A DNA stretch of 63,981 bases, the filler included, from Octopus bimaculoides (taxonomy: Eukaryota), in the NCBI RefSeq assembly GCF_001194135.2. It is 6 parts of 6 records of this genome, joined end to end, with 100 filler letters (N's around TTAATTAATTAA, not from the genome) between each part and the next. Parts side by side here need not be neighbours in the genome. Positions count along the whole stretch, not along the records: positions 1 to 19,026 come from NC_068993.1; positions 19,127 to 47,688 come from NC_068991.1; 4 more parts are not named here. One strand, given 5' to 3'. Of the stretch, positions 12,401 to 24,765 are shown piece after piece. Under the pieces are notes generated by a model. The model worked only from the letters and a program-made list of their open reading frames with translations. It had not been told where the DNA came from and searched no databases. The number at the start of each line of letters is the position of its first letter. Positions within the stretch are counted from its first letter, which is position 1. The position numbers were made by a program, and so were the translations under genes.

Positions 12401-12939
12401 ATACTGGCAAAAAATATCTTACAGCATTCATTTTTCATAAAGGTACACCCCGCCTACACACAAGCACATCTACTCATGCCACCCTACCCTGACGTGTGTG
12501 TGTGTATCTTGTGTATATATATATACACTCACATGCACACATACACATACATACATACATGCATGCATACATTCATACATACATACATACATACACGTGT
12601 GTGTGTGTGTGTGTGTGATCATCATCATTATCATCATCATTTAACATCCATTTTCCATACTGATATGAGTTAGATGGTTTGACAGGATCCAACAAGCTGC
12701 TGGACTGTGTTGAGCTCCAGTGTCAGCTTTAACATGGTTTCTATGAATGGATGCCCTTCCTAATGCCAAGCACCTTACAGAGTGTAGGTTATTTTACTGA
12801 AGCTGGAAAAACTTCACAAACTGTTACTCAGAGTTTCGCATTACCATTCATCAAATGGTTGTGCATATTCAGAACAATATAATACTTTATTGTATTGTTT
12901 AGACTATTGTATTGCTCTGAAATATCCCTATCATATCAT

Positions 12940-13160
12940 CAATCATACAAAATCAGAGGACAAGATATGCTGGTTACTACTATCGAGACAAAGATGAATT
13001 AGTAAGAAGGCACCTTTTGTGGATCCTGAATCATGGGAATTCTCATGTCAGATGACTCAGAATGTCATGCATTGATCAGTTTTCTTGTGATGTTAAGCTA
13101 CAAATAGAAGACTGCAAAGATGGCATGGAAAACAGAAACACTTGGAGAGAAAAAGTGGTT
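12940..13160 (+). mobile_element. Decayed RTE-like LINE, 3' end of ORF2
   Basis: RTRYAGYYYRDKDELVRRHLLWILNHG...MENRNTWREK resembles the RRLR.AGH....L.LW.P.HG...DR..WR C-terminus. Confidence 0.55.
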
Positions 13161-13551
13161 TTTATCTGGGTAACCCACCTGAAATGATAAATGGAAATTT
13201 GAATTTGAATTAAAGGAATTATGAAGAAAACAATGCAAAGAATTCATGTATTTAAATATTATTTTGGTTTACTTTTTATGAAGTTCTTAAAATTTCTAGT
13301 CTGTTGTAATCATGTACAGAACTACTACATTCTTTTTAGCAACCATCAGCATGATATAGCCTTAGATTTATTAATTTAACATTGTATGAAGTGAGACATT
13401 TCTTGTAGATGGAAAATAATTACAGTTTGGAAGAAACTCATGAAAAGTGGGTTTTTTAAAAATTATTTTTTCCTTCATAGAGCATTGGTAGTTAAGAAAT
13501 TGAATGAAAAAATAATGCTCTTACTGTAAACTAGTATTATTTTATCATTAA

Positions 13552-13772
13552 CCTTCTGGCATTCAGATTTCTTTGGACAAGTGTATTGCTTATTTATTCA
13601 CATTGTTTTGAATTATTCATGCATTATCATGTAGATTCAAAATTTCAATAGTGTGTTTGCATATTTTTAGATTGACATTGTAGGGTAAGTATGAGAGATT
13701 GGATCTGCTCAGTTTTAACATAAAACAGGTTGAATATTTGTGCCAGATGTGGCTGGATTAAGCACTAAAGGG
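13552..13772 (+). mobile_element. piggyBac-like MITE (CCCTTTAGCATT family)
   Basis: TTAA|ccttctggcatt...cactaaaggg|TTAA. Sister copies at 25338-25558 (-) and 569-750 (-). Confidence 0.75.
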
Positions 13773-14883
13773 TTAAGTACAGTGGATTGGCAGAACTACT
13801 GAAGTGTCAGAAAAAATGCGCAGTAGCTTTCATTCAGGGCTTCTACATTCTGAGTTCAAAAATATCTGAGGTCAACTTTGCCTTTTGTCCTTATGGGGGT
13901 TGATAAAACAAACTACCGGTCAAGTACTGGGTTAATTTAATCAACTAAAACCCCTCCTTCAAAACTGCTGGCCTTGTGCCTAAAATCTGAAGCAGTATTA
14001 CATTACCAATATCTAAGTTTAATACCTGTCAGAACAAGAATGTAAGAAATTCTAGATTTATTTATTTACTTCTTTATCCATCTTGAACTGACTGAATAAC
14101 AAATAAATAAACAAATATGCAAAATTTAATAAGTACAAGTGTACCTCTGATTTTCTGGCAATTGATGATCCAGCATCTCTTTTAACCTGGTCATAATTAT
14201 GAATTCCTAAACATGAATTTTTAATGACCAGTCAGACTAGTTAATTCAGGTTAGGAGGTTAGCATGTAGCATTAGTTTTAATTTTAAATATTTATTTCTT
14301 CATATTAATGAAGTTGAGCTTTACCGAGAGTGTGAGAGTCAGCACCTTCATATGCTTGTAGAGAATTATTAGTTAGTCTGGCAAAACAAATAATTTGACA
14401 TGGATCTAGAGCCAACGGCGGTTGAAAAGTGGTTTACCTACACTAATTACAACTTCTAATATGGCCACAAGACTACAAAATAGTGGTGGAAAAAAAATGG
14501 AATTAGATCAAGGTCAGTACTTAAAATATATTACATTGTGAATTAACAATAGCATCATGAGTTAAAAAGTTCTCATAGTGACTTGTTTGATGAGTTTCTA
14601 ATGATGCGATAAAAGAGCAACTGTAAATTTCTAGCTATATGTATATGTATGTGTGTGTATATGTTTGTGTGTCTGTGTTTGTCCCCCCAACATCGATTGA
14701 CAACCGATGCTGGTGTGTTTATGTCCCCGTAACTTAGCGGTTCGGCAAAAGAGACCGATAGAATAAGTACTAGGCTTACAAAGAATAAGTCGTGGGGTCG
14801 ATTTGCTCGACTAAAGGTGGTGCTCCAGCATGGCCACAGTCAAATGACTGAAGCAAGTAAAAGAGTATATATCNNNNNNNNNN

Positions 14884-15190
14884 AAGTGTCTTCTACTATA
14901 GCCACTTGTGAGTGGATTTGGTAGACGGAAACTGAAAGAAGCCCGTTGTATATATGTGTATATGTATGTGTGTGTATATGTTTGTGTGTCTGTGTTTGTC
15001 CCCCCAACATCGATTGACAACCGATGCTGGTGTGTTTATGTCCCCGTAACTTAGCGGTTCGGCAAAAGAGACCGATAGAATAAGTACTAGGCTTACAAAG
15101 AATAAGTCGTGGGGTCGATTTGCTCGACTAAAGGTGGTGCTCCAGCATGGCCACAGTCAAATGACTGAAGCAAGTAAAAGAGTATATATC
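14884..15190 (+). mobile_element. SINE family D (CORE-like, with internal (TG)n; resembles octopus OR2-type SINE)
   Basis: aagtgtcttctactatagcc...gacggaaactgaaagaagccc-(TA/TG)n-...ggtgctccagcatggccacagtcaaatgactgaa. Other copies at about 30600-30840 (-), 31660-32010 (-), 33630-33865 (+), 37115-37340 (+), 39760-39915 (+), 59200-59520 (-), 61440-61640 (-), 62945-63070 (+) and 63225-63610 (-). The 63225 copy shows the CORE-like motif gcaccttgggcaag. Confidence 0.8.
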
Positions 15191-15199
15191 TATATATAT

Positions 15200-15560
15200 A
15201 TATATATTGATATCTTATATATAAATGGCAATTTTTGTATGTCTGTCTGTGACCATCTTGCTGCTCAAACCAGGGAACCAATCTTCAGCAAATTTTGTGT
15301 ACGTGTTAAACTAACATCCAGTTCAATTATAGGCTAATTGAATTTCAATAAAAATTGACAATGGGCCGACTACGGGGGGGTTGGGCTATTACATGATAAA
15401 ATGAGAGGGGTACAAAAGTGTTAGGTTCATGGAAATGTGACATAATGAGTGTGACTGACATCAGGGAAGGGGATGAGAAGGAAGAAATAGACACACAGGG
15501 AATGTGAGAGACAGACAGAAAGAACAGCAGTCAAGGACACTTCCATATATATAAAAGAGA
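15200..15560 (+). mobile_element. Helitron/DINE-like non-autonomous element
   Basis: Begins tcttatatataaatggc...tgtctgtctgt...accaatcttcagcaaatttt, resembling Helitron-type 5' ends with a GTCT microsatellite. Confidence 0.4.
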
Positions 15561-16099
15561 GTTTGTATGTGTATGTGCATGTGTGCCTATCTCCCTTATC
15601 CATTTGAAAACTACTGAGTTGCTGATTTTGATGTATGGGGTATCAAAAGGTTCAGTAATCTTATGACTATCAAATAAACTTTATTTTTATTTACATATTT
15701 GCATTACAACAATTTACATTATAACCTTTTCTATAAGTCAACTATAAAAAACATTTTATACTACAACAACGACGATGACAACGTCACATTTTCTATATGA
15801 GTGTGTACCTTAAAAGACATCCATTTCTCTATATGATGACGAAATACAGTCACTCCTTCTCTCTCTCACACGCACATGTACACATATATACAAAAAAGAT
15901 GTATGCATATTATGTATGTGTATATATGAAAGATGTGTGTGTGTGAGACAGAGAGAGAGAGAAAGAGAGATCAAGTGAGTGCCACTTACACATACATGAC
16001 AATACACACCTTCACTCACTCACTCTCTCTCTCTTTCATGCACACTCGCACGCATGAATACACACGCACACATGTCAATTTCATATACACGAACATATA

Positions 16100-16250
16100 T
16101 CTTTCACTTTCTCCTTGCTTTCACTTTCTCCTCACTTTCACTTTCTCCTCGCTTTCACTTTCTCCTCGCTTTCACTTTCTGCTCTCACTTCAAAGCAAAT
16201 ACCACGGTTTCACTTTCTCTTCTCTTTCAATTTCTGCTCTCTTCAAAGTA
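16100..16250 (+). repeat. 17-bp minisatellite (GCTTTCACTTTCTCCTC)n, about 5 copies plus degenerate units
   Basis: Directly visible tandem units; followed at about 16291-16322 by three copies of catatgatcg. Confidence 0.85.
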
Positions 16251-16395
16251 TTAAGAAATAAAAAATTTTTCATGGAAATTAATGAACAATCATATGATCG
16301 CATATGATCGACCATATGATCGTGTTGGCAACTTTCCTACTTCAAACAAAAGAATACCATAAAAGAACTTCCTTTGGCACACGCACACCCACACA

Positions 16396-16426
<31 letters not shown>

Positions 16427-16769
16427 CAGTGGGCTGCTTTCACTCTCTGATCGTCACCAAGGTAAGGGAATCAAAAAATATATTCATTATGAGCTAAACC
16501 TGGCAGGGTTACTGAGTGACTTTGCAAGACAGAGTCTTTGAGAGGGGAGGGGGCATTGGAGGAGGTTATCTTGTGTCAGATGATGAAAGACTAGAGTGTG
16601 GCAGAGGGGCAGAAACAGATGGCTTGCTGTAGAGACGGTCCATGGATACCCAGCCAGAGAGAAGGAGACAGAGGGATGTAGTTTAGTTTGTTGGGGTAGG
16701 GTGTGTGAAAGTTTTATTGTTACGTGTGGGTGAGACACAACGCTTCGAGAACTTAGGTTCACTGATGTG

Positions 16770-17095
16770 GGTGGGTCTTCTCTAGAACCTCATATTGCCA
16801 GACATCTCAGTCCAGTGTTATTTTCTCTGTGATCAGACCTCACCACTTCATCCCATATCTTCCTGAGCCTCCCTCTTCCACAGGTGCCATCCACTTACAA
16901 TGACTGGCACTTCTTTATACAGCTGTCTTCATTCATACACATCACATGTTCAAACCAATGTAGTCTCCTCTATTGCATGCTGCATTTGATTCTTCTTATG
17001 CTCAGCTTTTCTCTGAACACATTTGTGCTTTGTTGTTCATGCACATTGGTGCTGCACATCCAGTAGAAAATACTGCCTTCGTTTCTCATTGAACA
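16770..17095 (-). mobile_element. Decayed RTE-BovB-like LINE 3' end
   Basis: - strand: FREKLSIRRIKCSMQ*RRLHWFEHVMCMNEDSCIKKCQSL*VDGTCGRGRLRKIWDEVV. Confidence 0.8.
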
Positions 17096-17129
17096 CTATA
17101 CTCGGCTTGCGAAGACCTGTTGTGGCAAG

Positions 17130-17500
17130 CGAAAGCGAAATCGGGATGGCACCTGTACCCATGGCTGCCTTCCTGGCACTTGTGCCGGTGCCTCGTGTAA
17201 AGACATTCGAGCGAGATCGTTGCCAGTGCCACTGGACTGGCTCCTGTGCAGGTGGCACGTAATATACACCATTTTGAGCGTGGCTGTTGCCAGCACCACC
17301 TGACTAGCCTTCGTGCCAGTGGCACGTAAAAGCACCCACTACACTCTCTGAGTGGTTGGCGTTAGGAAGGGCATCCAGCTGTAGAAACTCTGCCAAATCA
17401 GATTGGAGCCTGGTGTAGCCATCTGGTTCACCAGTCCTCAGTCAAATTGTCCAACCTATGCTAGCATGGAAAGCGGACATTAAACGATGATGATGATGAT
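17130..17500 (+). mobile_element. Repeat family C (SINE or LINE-tail element ending ...CCAACCCATGCTAGCATGGAAAGCGGACGTTAAACG(ATG)n)
   Basis: Highly similar copies at 18775-19026 (-), 22855-23117 (+), 33290-33625 (-) and 36860-37110 (+), plus many 3' fragments (about 1985, 9600, 11520, 12625, 29170, 38450, 42385). Confidence 0.9.
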
Positions 17501-17525
17501 ATATACATGTATGTATGTATATATG

Positions 17526-17570
<45 letters not shown>

Positions 17571-17770
17571 TGAAGAGTTACAGTGACTCAAGGGTTAATA
17601 AAATACTCAGCTTTATGTGTTGAGTTTTATTTCCCCTATTAGTAAAGCTGTATATATCTATATCTATCTATCTGTCTGTCTGCCTGTCTGTTTGTCTGTC
17701 TGTCTGCTTGCCTGCCTGCCTGTCTGCCTGCCTGTCTGTCTGTCTATCTGTCTGTCTGTCTGTCTGTCTG

Positions 17771-17844
<74 letters not shown>

Positions 17845-19127
17845 CTATATATATATGCATATATATAAAAATATATATCATCATCATCTTCATCCCAGGC
17901 AGAAGCCTGCATGAGACTTCTATGACTGTTTTGGCAGGATTTTTACAGCTGGATGCCCTTCCCAACACCAACTTCCCAGTAGAGTTATGTATATATATAT
18001 ATATATATATATATAAGATAACTATCCAAATGGTCACCCAATGGATTTGAACCTGGATCCACATGATTACAAAGTAAACTTCTTAAGCACATACCCATGC
18101 TTGCAGCCATATACTTTATATAAAGAACTTGACAAGGAGAGCTTTGTTTTATTGACCACGGAGGCATGAAATGCTTCCGTGGTCAATAAAATAAGATTAA
18201 CCTCAGTGAATTTAAACTCAAAACATAAAAAGATGAAAATAAACATTAGAAAGGTATATTGTTTGTTGGCTCTACTCATTTTGCCAATCCGCTTATGTTA
18301 AGTATAACTTTTTCTTTCTCAAAAGTAATTATAAATGTTTGTCCCAGATAATGTGAGTTGAATAGTTCTATAAAAATTGCGTTTTCTAATCACTCACCTG
18401 TGAAATGAGAGCATGACTTATTTTTTATGGGGTTCAATGAATATTGAGACAAGTAGGTTAGGATGACTAATGTGTTTAGTCTTTTAATTATCTCACCTGT
18501 CTTACTAATACACTGTGTAACTCAGTATTTGTCCTTGGGTAGCAACTGTCATTTCCTATTTGTTTACTCTTGGAAAGTGTGAAATATGGCTAATATTTCT
18601 TTCAAACTTTGCTTTTGTTACATTTATTCAAACTCTAAAGAATCACTCTCAACACATGGCTATGATGCTCCCCCATTACTCTTGCTCATGATCAGAGATG
18701 TATATATTGTCAGCCACTAAGCTACATGCTCAACTGGCGAAGGTCAAGCTACTGACAAGCAAATCTGTGGTATTCATCATCATCATCATCATTGTTTAAC
18801 GTCCGCTTTCCATGCTAGCATGGGTTGGACGATTTGACTGAGGACTGGTGAAACCTGATGGCTACACCAGGCTCCAATCTGATTTGGCAGAGTTTCTACA
18901 GCTAGATGCCCTTCCTAACGCCAACCACTCGGAGAGTATAGTGGGTGCTTTTACGTGTCACCCACACGAAGGCCAGTCAGGCGGTACTGGCAACGGCCAC
19001 ACTCAAAATGGTGTATTTTACATGCCNNNNNNNNNNNNNNNNNNNNNNNNNNNNNNNNNNNNNNNNNNNNTTAATTAATTAANNNNNNNNNNNNNNNNNN
19101 NNNNNNNNNNNNNNNNNNNNNNNNNNA

Positions 19128-19407
19128 CTGTGGTCCCCGGACCACAAGGGGTCCGCAAGGACAAGACAGGGGGTCCGTGGACAGCAAATACTTTTTATGG
19201 GCAATTTGATTTTATATATGTTTTTTAATCAAAATCTTTTAATTGACAATAAACCTATTTGTTAAATACTGTTAAATAAATAAATGTAAAAATATGTTAT
19301 TTTAAGCAAATATTTATGTGTAAATTTCATAAGCGTTTATAAGGAGTCCCTAAGGTAAAGCCTGAAATATAAAGGGGTCCGCAAGTCAAAAAGTTTGAAA
19401 ACCCCTG
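19128..19407. mobile_element. hAT (Charlie-like) MITE, one end lost in a gap
   Basis: Ends ...ggggtccgcaagtcaaaaagtttgaaaacccctg (reverse complement CAGGGGTTTTCAAACTTTTT, a typical hAT terminus), with internal ggggtccg motifs. Confidence 0.7.
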
Positions 19408-19555
19408 CTATAACCAATGCTTCTTTATCTTCATCTCATTTATATTTGAGCACTTCTTTTGCTGTTCTATAAACCCTTTTGTTTCTATAAAAAGAGATAA
19501 ATATTATTTTTTCTTGTTGTATATATGTATGTATACATACATATACATGTATATA

Positions 19556-19595
<40 letters not shown>

Positions 19596-20064
19596 CAAGC
19601 ATACCTCACCCTATGTCATTAATTCCAGGAGACAAGACTTAAGTCAAATTAACTTGTCTCTAGGCTAGGCTAGGCTAAATATACTTGTTTCTAGGCTAAA
19701 CTGATAATAACTATTCCCAGTTTTGTGCTTTATTTATGAATGGATTTTCAATAATATATGATTAATAAAATCCTATTTTAAGCTTACAAGCAAATAATTT
19801 TATAATACACTACAGTAAAAAAAAGTAATCTAAATTTACGAATACAATAGGAGGTAAGAGAGGTGAGTACAGATTTATCATCTCAATGTGATTTATATAT
19901 GGTAACAGCTGTTTCATAATATTTCATAATAATGTGGTTTTATTCATTTCAACATTCAAAATTAATACATAAATTTTACATCACTATGTATATTTAGCTT
20001 AGCATTGTATGATAGAATTGTATATTACATGAAGATAAATAATGGAGAAAACTAAGTCCCCTAA

Positions 20065-20157
<93 letters not shown>

Positions 20158-20942
20158 GGAATATCATGGATTCATTCATGATTCAACTCTGTTACACTTA
20201 CAGAATCCCTTCTTTTTAGATATAAATATATGTATATTTGGTTGAAGCAGTTGCTTGTTAATCTGAATTCCACCTGTATGCACGCAGAATCTTCAGACAA
20301 GTTATTGCTCATAACTTGCCTGAAGATCTTGTGTACCTACAATATACTGAATATTTCATTTATTCAATAAGACATTCAATACTTCATTTCATTTTACTAT
20401 TTATATTATATATTCCATATTCTATATCCCACATTAATTTTATAAATATAAAAAACAGACAGAGTTGGAACTCTTTTAAATAATATATTTGTATATATAC
20501 ACATGTAGTTTTGTTTTTTTCCTTTTGTAGATCTCCTTCTTTCTTGTCTATTGTTGTCTGTTACAACCACCACCACCACCACCACCACCATTTGAACTTT
20601 ATTAAAAGAAATCTCTCTTTTCTTATTTCTCTCTTTTTTCACTTCTTGTCTATCTGTCTGTTTTATCAGACCGGAGGAGTGCAACACTGCTAAGATTAAC
20701 AACTGGTGCCAAAACAGAAGTTTTCAGCTGTGGGTAAAAACCTCAAATTAACCACGACTTTGTTTCCTCTTTCAAGCATGACAAATATTTTCTCCAGCCT
20801 TCTATTGACACTTAATTGCATTTATTTGCACTAATGTTTGATTTTTTTTTCTCCCATTTACTTCTTTCTAGTTTTACCACTACTACAGATCAGATTTGTC
20901 TAGCCAGTACAGGACTATTATTATTATTATTATTATTATTAT

Positions 20943-21586
20943 TAAGATGATGAGCTGGCAGAACCATTAGTACTCCAGACAAAAAAATGCTTAGAAGTAT
21001 TTTGTCCATCTTTATATTTGCATTTTATTTTTTCAGAGCCAATAACATAAGTACCAGTTGAGCACTGTCGTTGATGCAATCGACCAGACTCCTCTTCCCA
21101 AGTTTCAGACCTTGTGCCTACACTAGAAATGATTATTGTTATTATTATTAAGGCAACAAGCTGGTGGAATCATTAGCATGCTAAGTGAAATACTTTATGA
21201 GATGTCTTCAGGCTTTATAGTCTGTGTTGAAATTCTACTGGGGTTGATTTTGCCTTTTATCCTTTTGGGGTCAGTAAATTAGGTACCAGTCAAGCACTGG
21301 GGTCTTCTCCCAAAATTTGAGTATTGTGATTATAGTAGAAAGGATTATGCAATTTTTGTTATTGTTGTTGTTGTTGTTGTTTTTGTACTACAAGGCTGCT
21401 TAATGTCAGATCAGCAATGTTGGACAAAATGTCTTGTATTCAGTTGAGTCACTTTGGGTTCTAAATTCAAACTTTGCTGATTGAATACATACCAGTAAGG
21501 TGCTTGAGGTGGGTGGTTGATCCGATCAATTATATCTCCCCCCCCCCAAAAAAAAAGCTGAAGCCTCGTATCTATGNNNNNNNNNN

Positions 21587-21619
<33 letters not shown>

Positions 21620-21810
21620 GGTGGCGAGCTGGCATAGTCGTTAGCATGTCGGGTGAAATGCTTAGTGGTATTTCGTCTGTCGTTGCGTTCTGAGTTCACA
21701 TTCCTCCGAGGTCGACTTTGCCTTTCATCCTTTCGGGGGTCGATTAAATTAGTACCGGTTACACACTGGGGTTGATGTAATCGACTTAATCCCTTCCCCC
21801 AAACTTGAAA
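20943..21810 (+). mobile_element. Three head-to-tail copies of SINE family B (about 20943-21120, 21149-21330, 21619-21810)
   Basis: Head AAGGCGGCGAGCTGGCAGAA..GTTAG and central domain GTCGACTTTGCCTTTCATCCTTTCGGGGTCGAT..A..AGTACC, each preceded by (ATT)n. Other copies at about 13780, 28460 (-), 28722, 32181 (-), 38790, 39010, 47250 (-), 52601, 59560 and 63895 (-). Confidence 0.85.
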
Positions 21811-23436
21811 GGATTATTATTATTATTATTATTATTATTATGTTGTTGTTTTTTTTTTCTTCTTTCTTCAAATTTTCTTCCATTTCTCGCCGAGTGTTTT
21901 CCGTACACCTAGGGCAGAGAAACTCGTTGTATGCATTTCCAGTTTACACATGCAAATTCACAGGTAAAATATGTATTTAAAAAAAAAAAAAAAATTATTN
22001 NNNNNNNNNNNNNNNNNNNNNNNNNNNNNNNNNNNNNNNNNNNNNNNNNNNNNNNNNNNNNNNNNNNNNNNNNNNNNNNNNNNNNNNNNNNNNNNNNNNN
22101 NNNNNNNNNNNNNNNNNNNNNNNNNNNNNNNNNNNNNNNNNNNNNNNNNNNNNNNNNNNNNNNNNNNNNNNNNNNNNNNNNNNNNNNNNNNNNNNNNNNN
22201 NNNNNNNNNNNNNNNNNNNNNNNNNNNNNNNNNNNNNNNNNNNNNNNNNNNNNNNNNNNNNNNNNNNNNNNNNNNNNNNNNNNNNNNNNNNNNNNNNNNN
22301 NNNNNNNNNNNNNNNNNNNNNNNNNNNNNNNNNNNNNNNNNNNNNNNNNNNNNNNNNNNNNNNNNNNNNNNNNNNNNNNNNNNNNNNNNNNNNNNNNNNN
22401 NNNNNNNNNNNNNNNNNNNNNNNNNNNNNNNNNNNNNNNNNNNNNNNNNNNNNNNNNNNNNNNNNNNNNNNNNNNNNNNNNNNNNNNNNNNNNNNNNNNN
22501 NNNNNNNNNNNNNNNNNNNNNNNNNNNNNNNNNNNNNNNNNNNNNNNNNNNNNNNNNNNNNNNNNNNNNNNNNNNNNNNNNNNNNNNNNNNNNNNNNNNN
22601 NNNNNNNNNNNNNNNNNNNNNNNNNNNNNNNNNNNNNNNNNNNNNNNNNNNNNNNNNNNNNNNNNNNNNNNNNNNNNNNNNNNNNNNNNNNNNNNNNNNN
22701 NNNNNNNNNNNNNNNNNNNNNNNNNNNNNNNNNNNNNNNNNNNNNNNNNNNNNNNNNNNNNNNNNNNNNNNNNNNNNNNNNNNNNNNNNNNNNNNNNNNN
22801 NNNNNNNNNNNNNNNNNNNNNNNNNNNNNNNNNNNNNNNNNNNNNNNNNNNNNNAGATCATTGCCAGTGCCCCTGGACTGGCTTGTGCGGGTGGCACATA
22901 AAAGACACCATTTCGAGCGTGGCCGTTTTCGTGCGGGTGACACGTAAAAGCACCCACTACACTCTCTGAGTGGTTGGCGTTAGGAAGGGCATCCAGCTGT
23001 AGAAACTCTGCCAAATTAGATTGGAGCCTGGTGTTGCCATCCGGTTTCACCAGTCCTCAGTCAAATCGTCCAACCCATGCTAGCATGGAAAGCGGACGTT
23101 AAACGATGAAGATGATGATTATTATTATTTCCAAAATTAGTGTAACCTTTCAGTGAAATATCTGCTCACATGTTGCTCGTTGTGACGATAATTAAGAATT
23201 TATTATCATTAATTACAATCATTAGATAACCTAGAATGGTTGCAGTTTGTTTTTAATATAACTATAGCAAAGTAATTTAGTATCTTCAGTTTTTGGTTTG
23301 TTCTTCCTCTCCCCCACCCCTGTACTAATAATGCTACTGCTATTATTATTTCTTTGTCTTCTGTCATATTTGTTTCCTTGTATTATAGATTAGTCGTCTG
23401 ATAGATACAAATTAACACATACACTAATGTATCTTG

Positions 23437-23492
<56 letters not shown>

Positions 23493-23796
23493 ATATATGT
23501 ATATTAGGTCTGAAAGAAAGCCCTGTTGCATTTTAAGATGGAAAAGAAACAAATGTTTCTTTGGTCTCAATGAATATATTTAACCAAGATAACATTAATG
23601 CACTAAAAACGTTTTTTTTCCCCTGGGTATGGACTGCTGATATTGGGGTGCATCAAATGTATCATCAGATATGGTAATTTTCAATATGCTAATTACTAGA
23701 CTTTAATAACTTGTTAATTAGCTACAACATCTAAAGTTTGAAGGTCTTTTGTAGTAAATTAGAGTGATACCTTGAAATATGTGATTCCTTTTTTAA

Positions 23797-24094
23797 CCCA
23801 TTACCTACCAGTGATCTCATATGAGATCACTTAAGAATTACAAATTTCGTGATGTAATTATCTGTCAATATTTACACATACCTAACCCTTTTTTTGCTAT
23901 ATCTACTAGGTATATTTCTCTGATATTCAAATGAGGTTTGCTAATTTTTCACCCAATATCTCGCTTATTTCTATTTAAAATGTTATTTTGAAATATTATT
24001 TTGATCATTCCAGCGTGTTTCTAAGGCTGTTTTATGCTAGAAATCAAAGTTTCATAAAAAAATTCCAGCTAATAGAATTATGGGAGGTAATGGG
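23797..24094. mobile_element. piggyBac-type MITE, 298 bp
   Basis: TTAA (23793-23796) and TTAA (24095-24098) flank 14-bp TIRs CCCATTACCTACCA / TGGGAGGTAATGGG (1 mismatch); perfect internal palindrome at 23811-23830. Confidence 0.85.
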
Positions 24095-24559
24095 TTAAGG
24101 TAGTAGAAGTGTGATTTGAGAGACTTAGCTTCTAATTATAGTCAAACAACAAAGTAGGTCCCCAAATATTGTATTTTACTTTGCTAAACATACCCCAGTG
24201 AGGTTGGGGCATGTCGTTGAGTAGTTGCAAGCAATCAACAGCAGCATGTTTCTTGAGCTTCTTGCTTGCTATGTTTGTTACCTTTTATTTCATTTTGACA
24301 TTTGTAATACGATACATGTAGCCTTGCTTATCACTGATCTAGGATAACATGATACGCTCAATTGTAAGCCATGCTAAGCTTATCACAAATTGATCTGTGT
24401 TATGTGACACAGATTGACAAACAGCTGAAGATTCTGCTTGTGCCACAAAAACACACACCTCAGCAACCATCCACAATGCTCTGCTACCCAGAATACACTG
24501 ACTAGCACTTGTGCTTTACATGGATTTATATCATGTTGATGATAACGGTGATAATGAAA

Positions 24560-24765
24560 ATATACCCTTCAACATGAGACCAGTGAAGAGGAAAGCAAAA
24601 ATATGAAGGTGCCTGATCCTAGCAAATCTTGTACTCTTTACAGGAAAGTAGAGATGATCGAGAACATAAGCGATGGTGGAAGCTTCATTGCTGTGAGCCC
24701 CAAGTTTGGTGCCAATGCATCTACCATTTGTTCCATTTGCAAAGTGCAGGGAGATGATTCATTTC
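24560..24765 (+). mobile_element. Decayed pogo/Tigger transposase N-terminus (CENP-B/psq-type HTH)
   Basis: RPVKRK...SKSCTLYRKVEMIENISDGGSFIAVSPKFGANASTICSICK fits TL..K.E.I.....G.S...VA.KFG...STI..I.K. Confidence 0.65.

Noticed and set aside
14641-15190. Exact 233-bp direct duplication (14641-14873 and 14958-15190)
   Set aside because: The identical copies straddle a 10-N gap, most likely an unmerged contig overlap.
16100-16325. Regularly spaced short repeats as a possible CRISPR-like array (also 36209-36355)
   Set aside because: The units are contiguous with no unique spacers, in eukaryotic DNA with no cas genes; these are minisatellites.
19071-19082. TTAATTAATTAA islands inside N runs (also 47733, 56878, 60425, 62889)
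   Set aside because: Each is centred in a 100-bp block (44 N + 12 + 44 N) and has stops in all six frames: an artificial scaffolding spacer, not biology.
21909-23050. Long ORFs of 200-370 aa here and at about 29.5-30.7, 40.2-41.0, 45.7-46.7 and 53.6-54.6 kb
   Set aside because: They are open only because they run through N gaps and (TA)n/(CA)n repeats.
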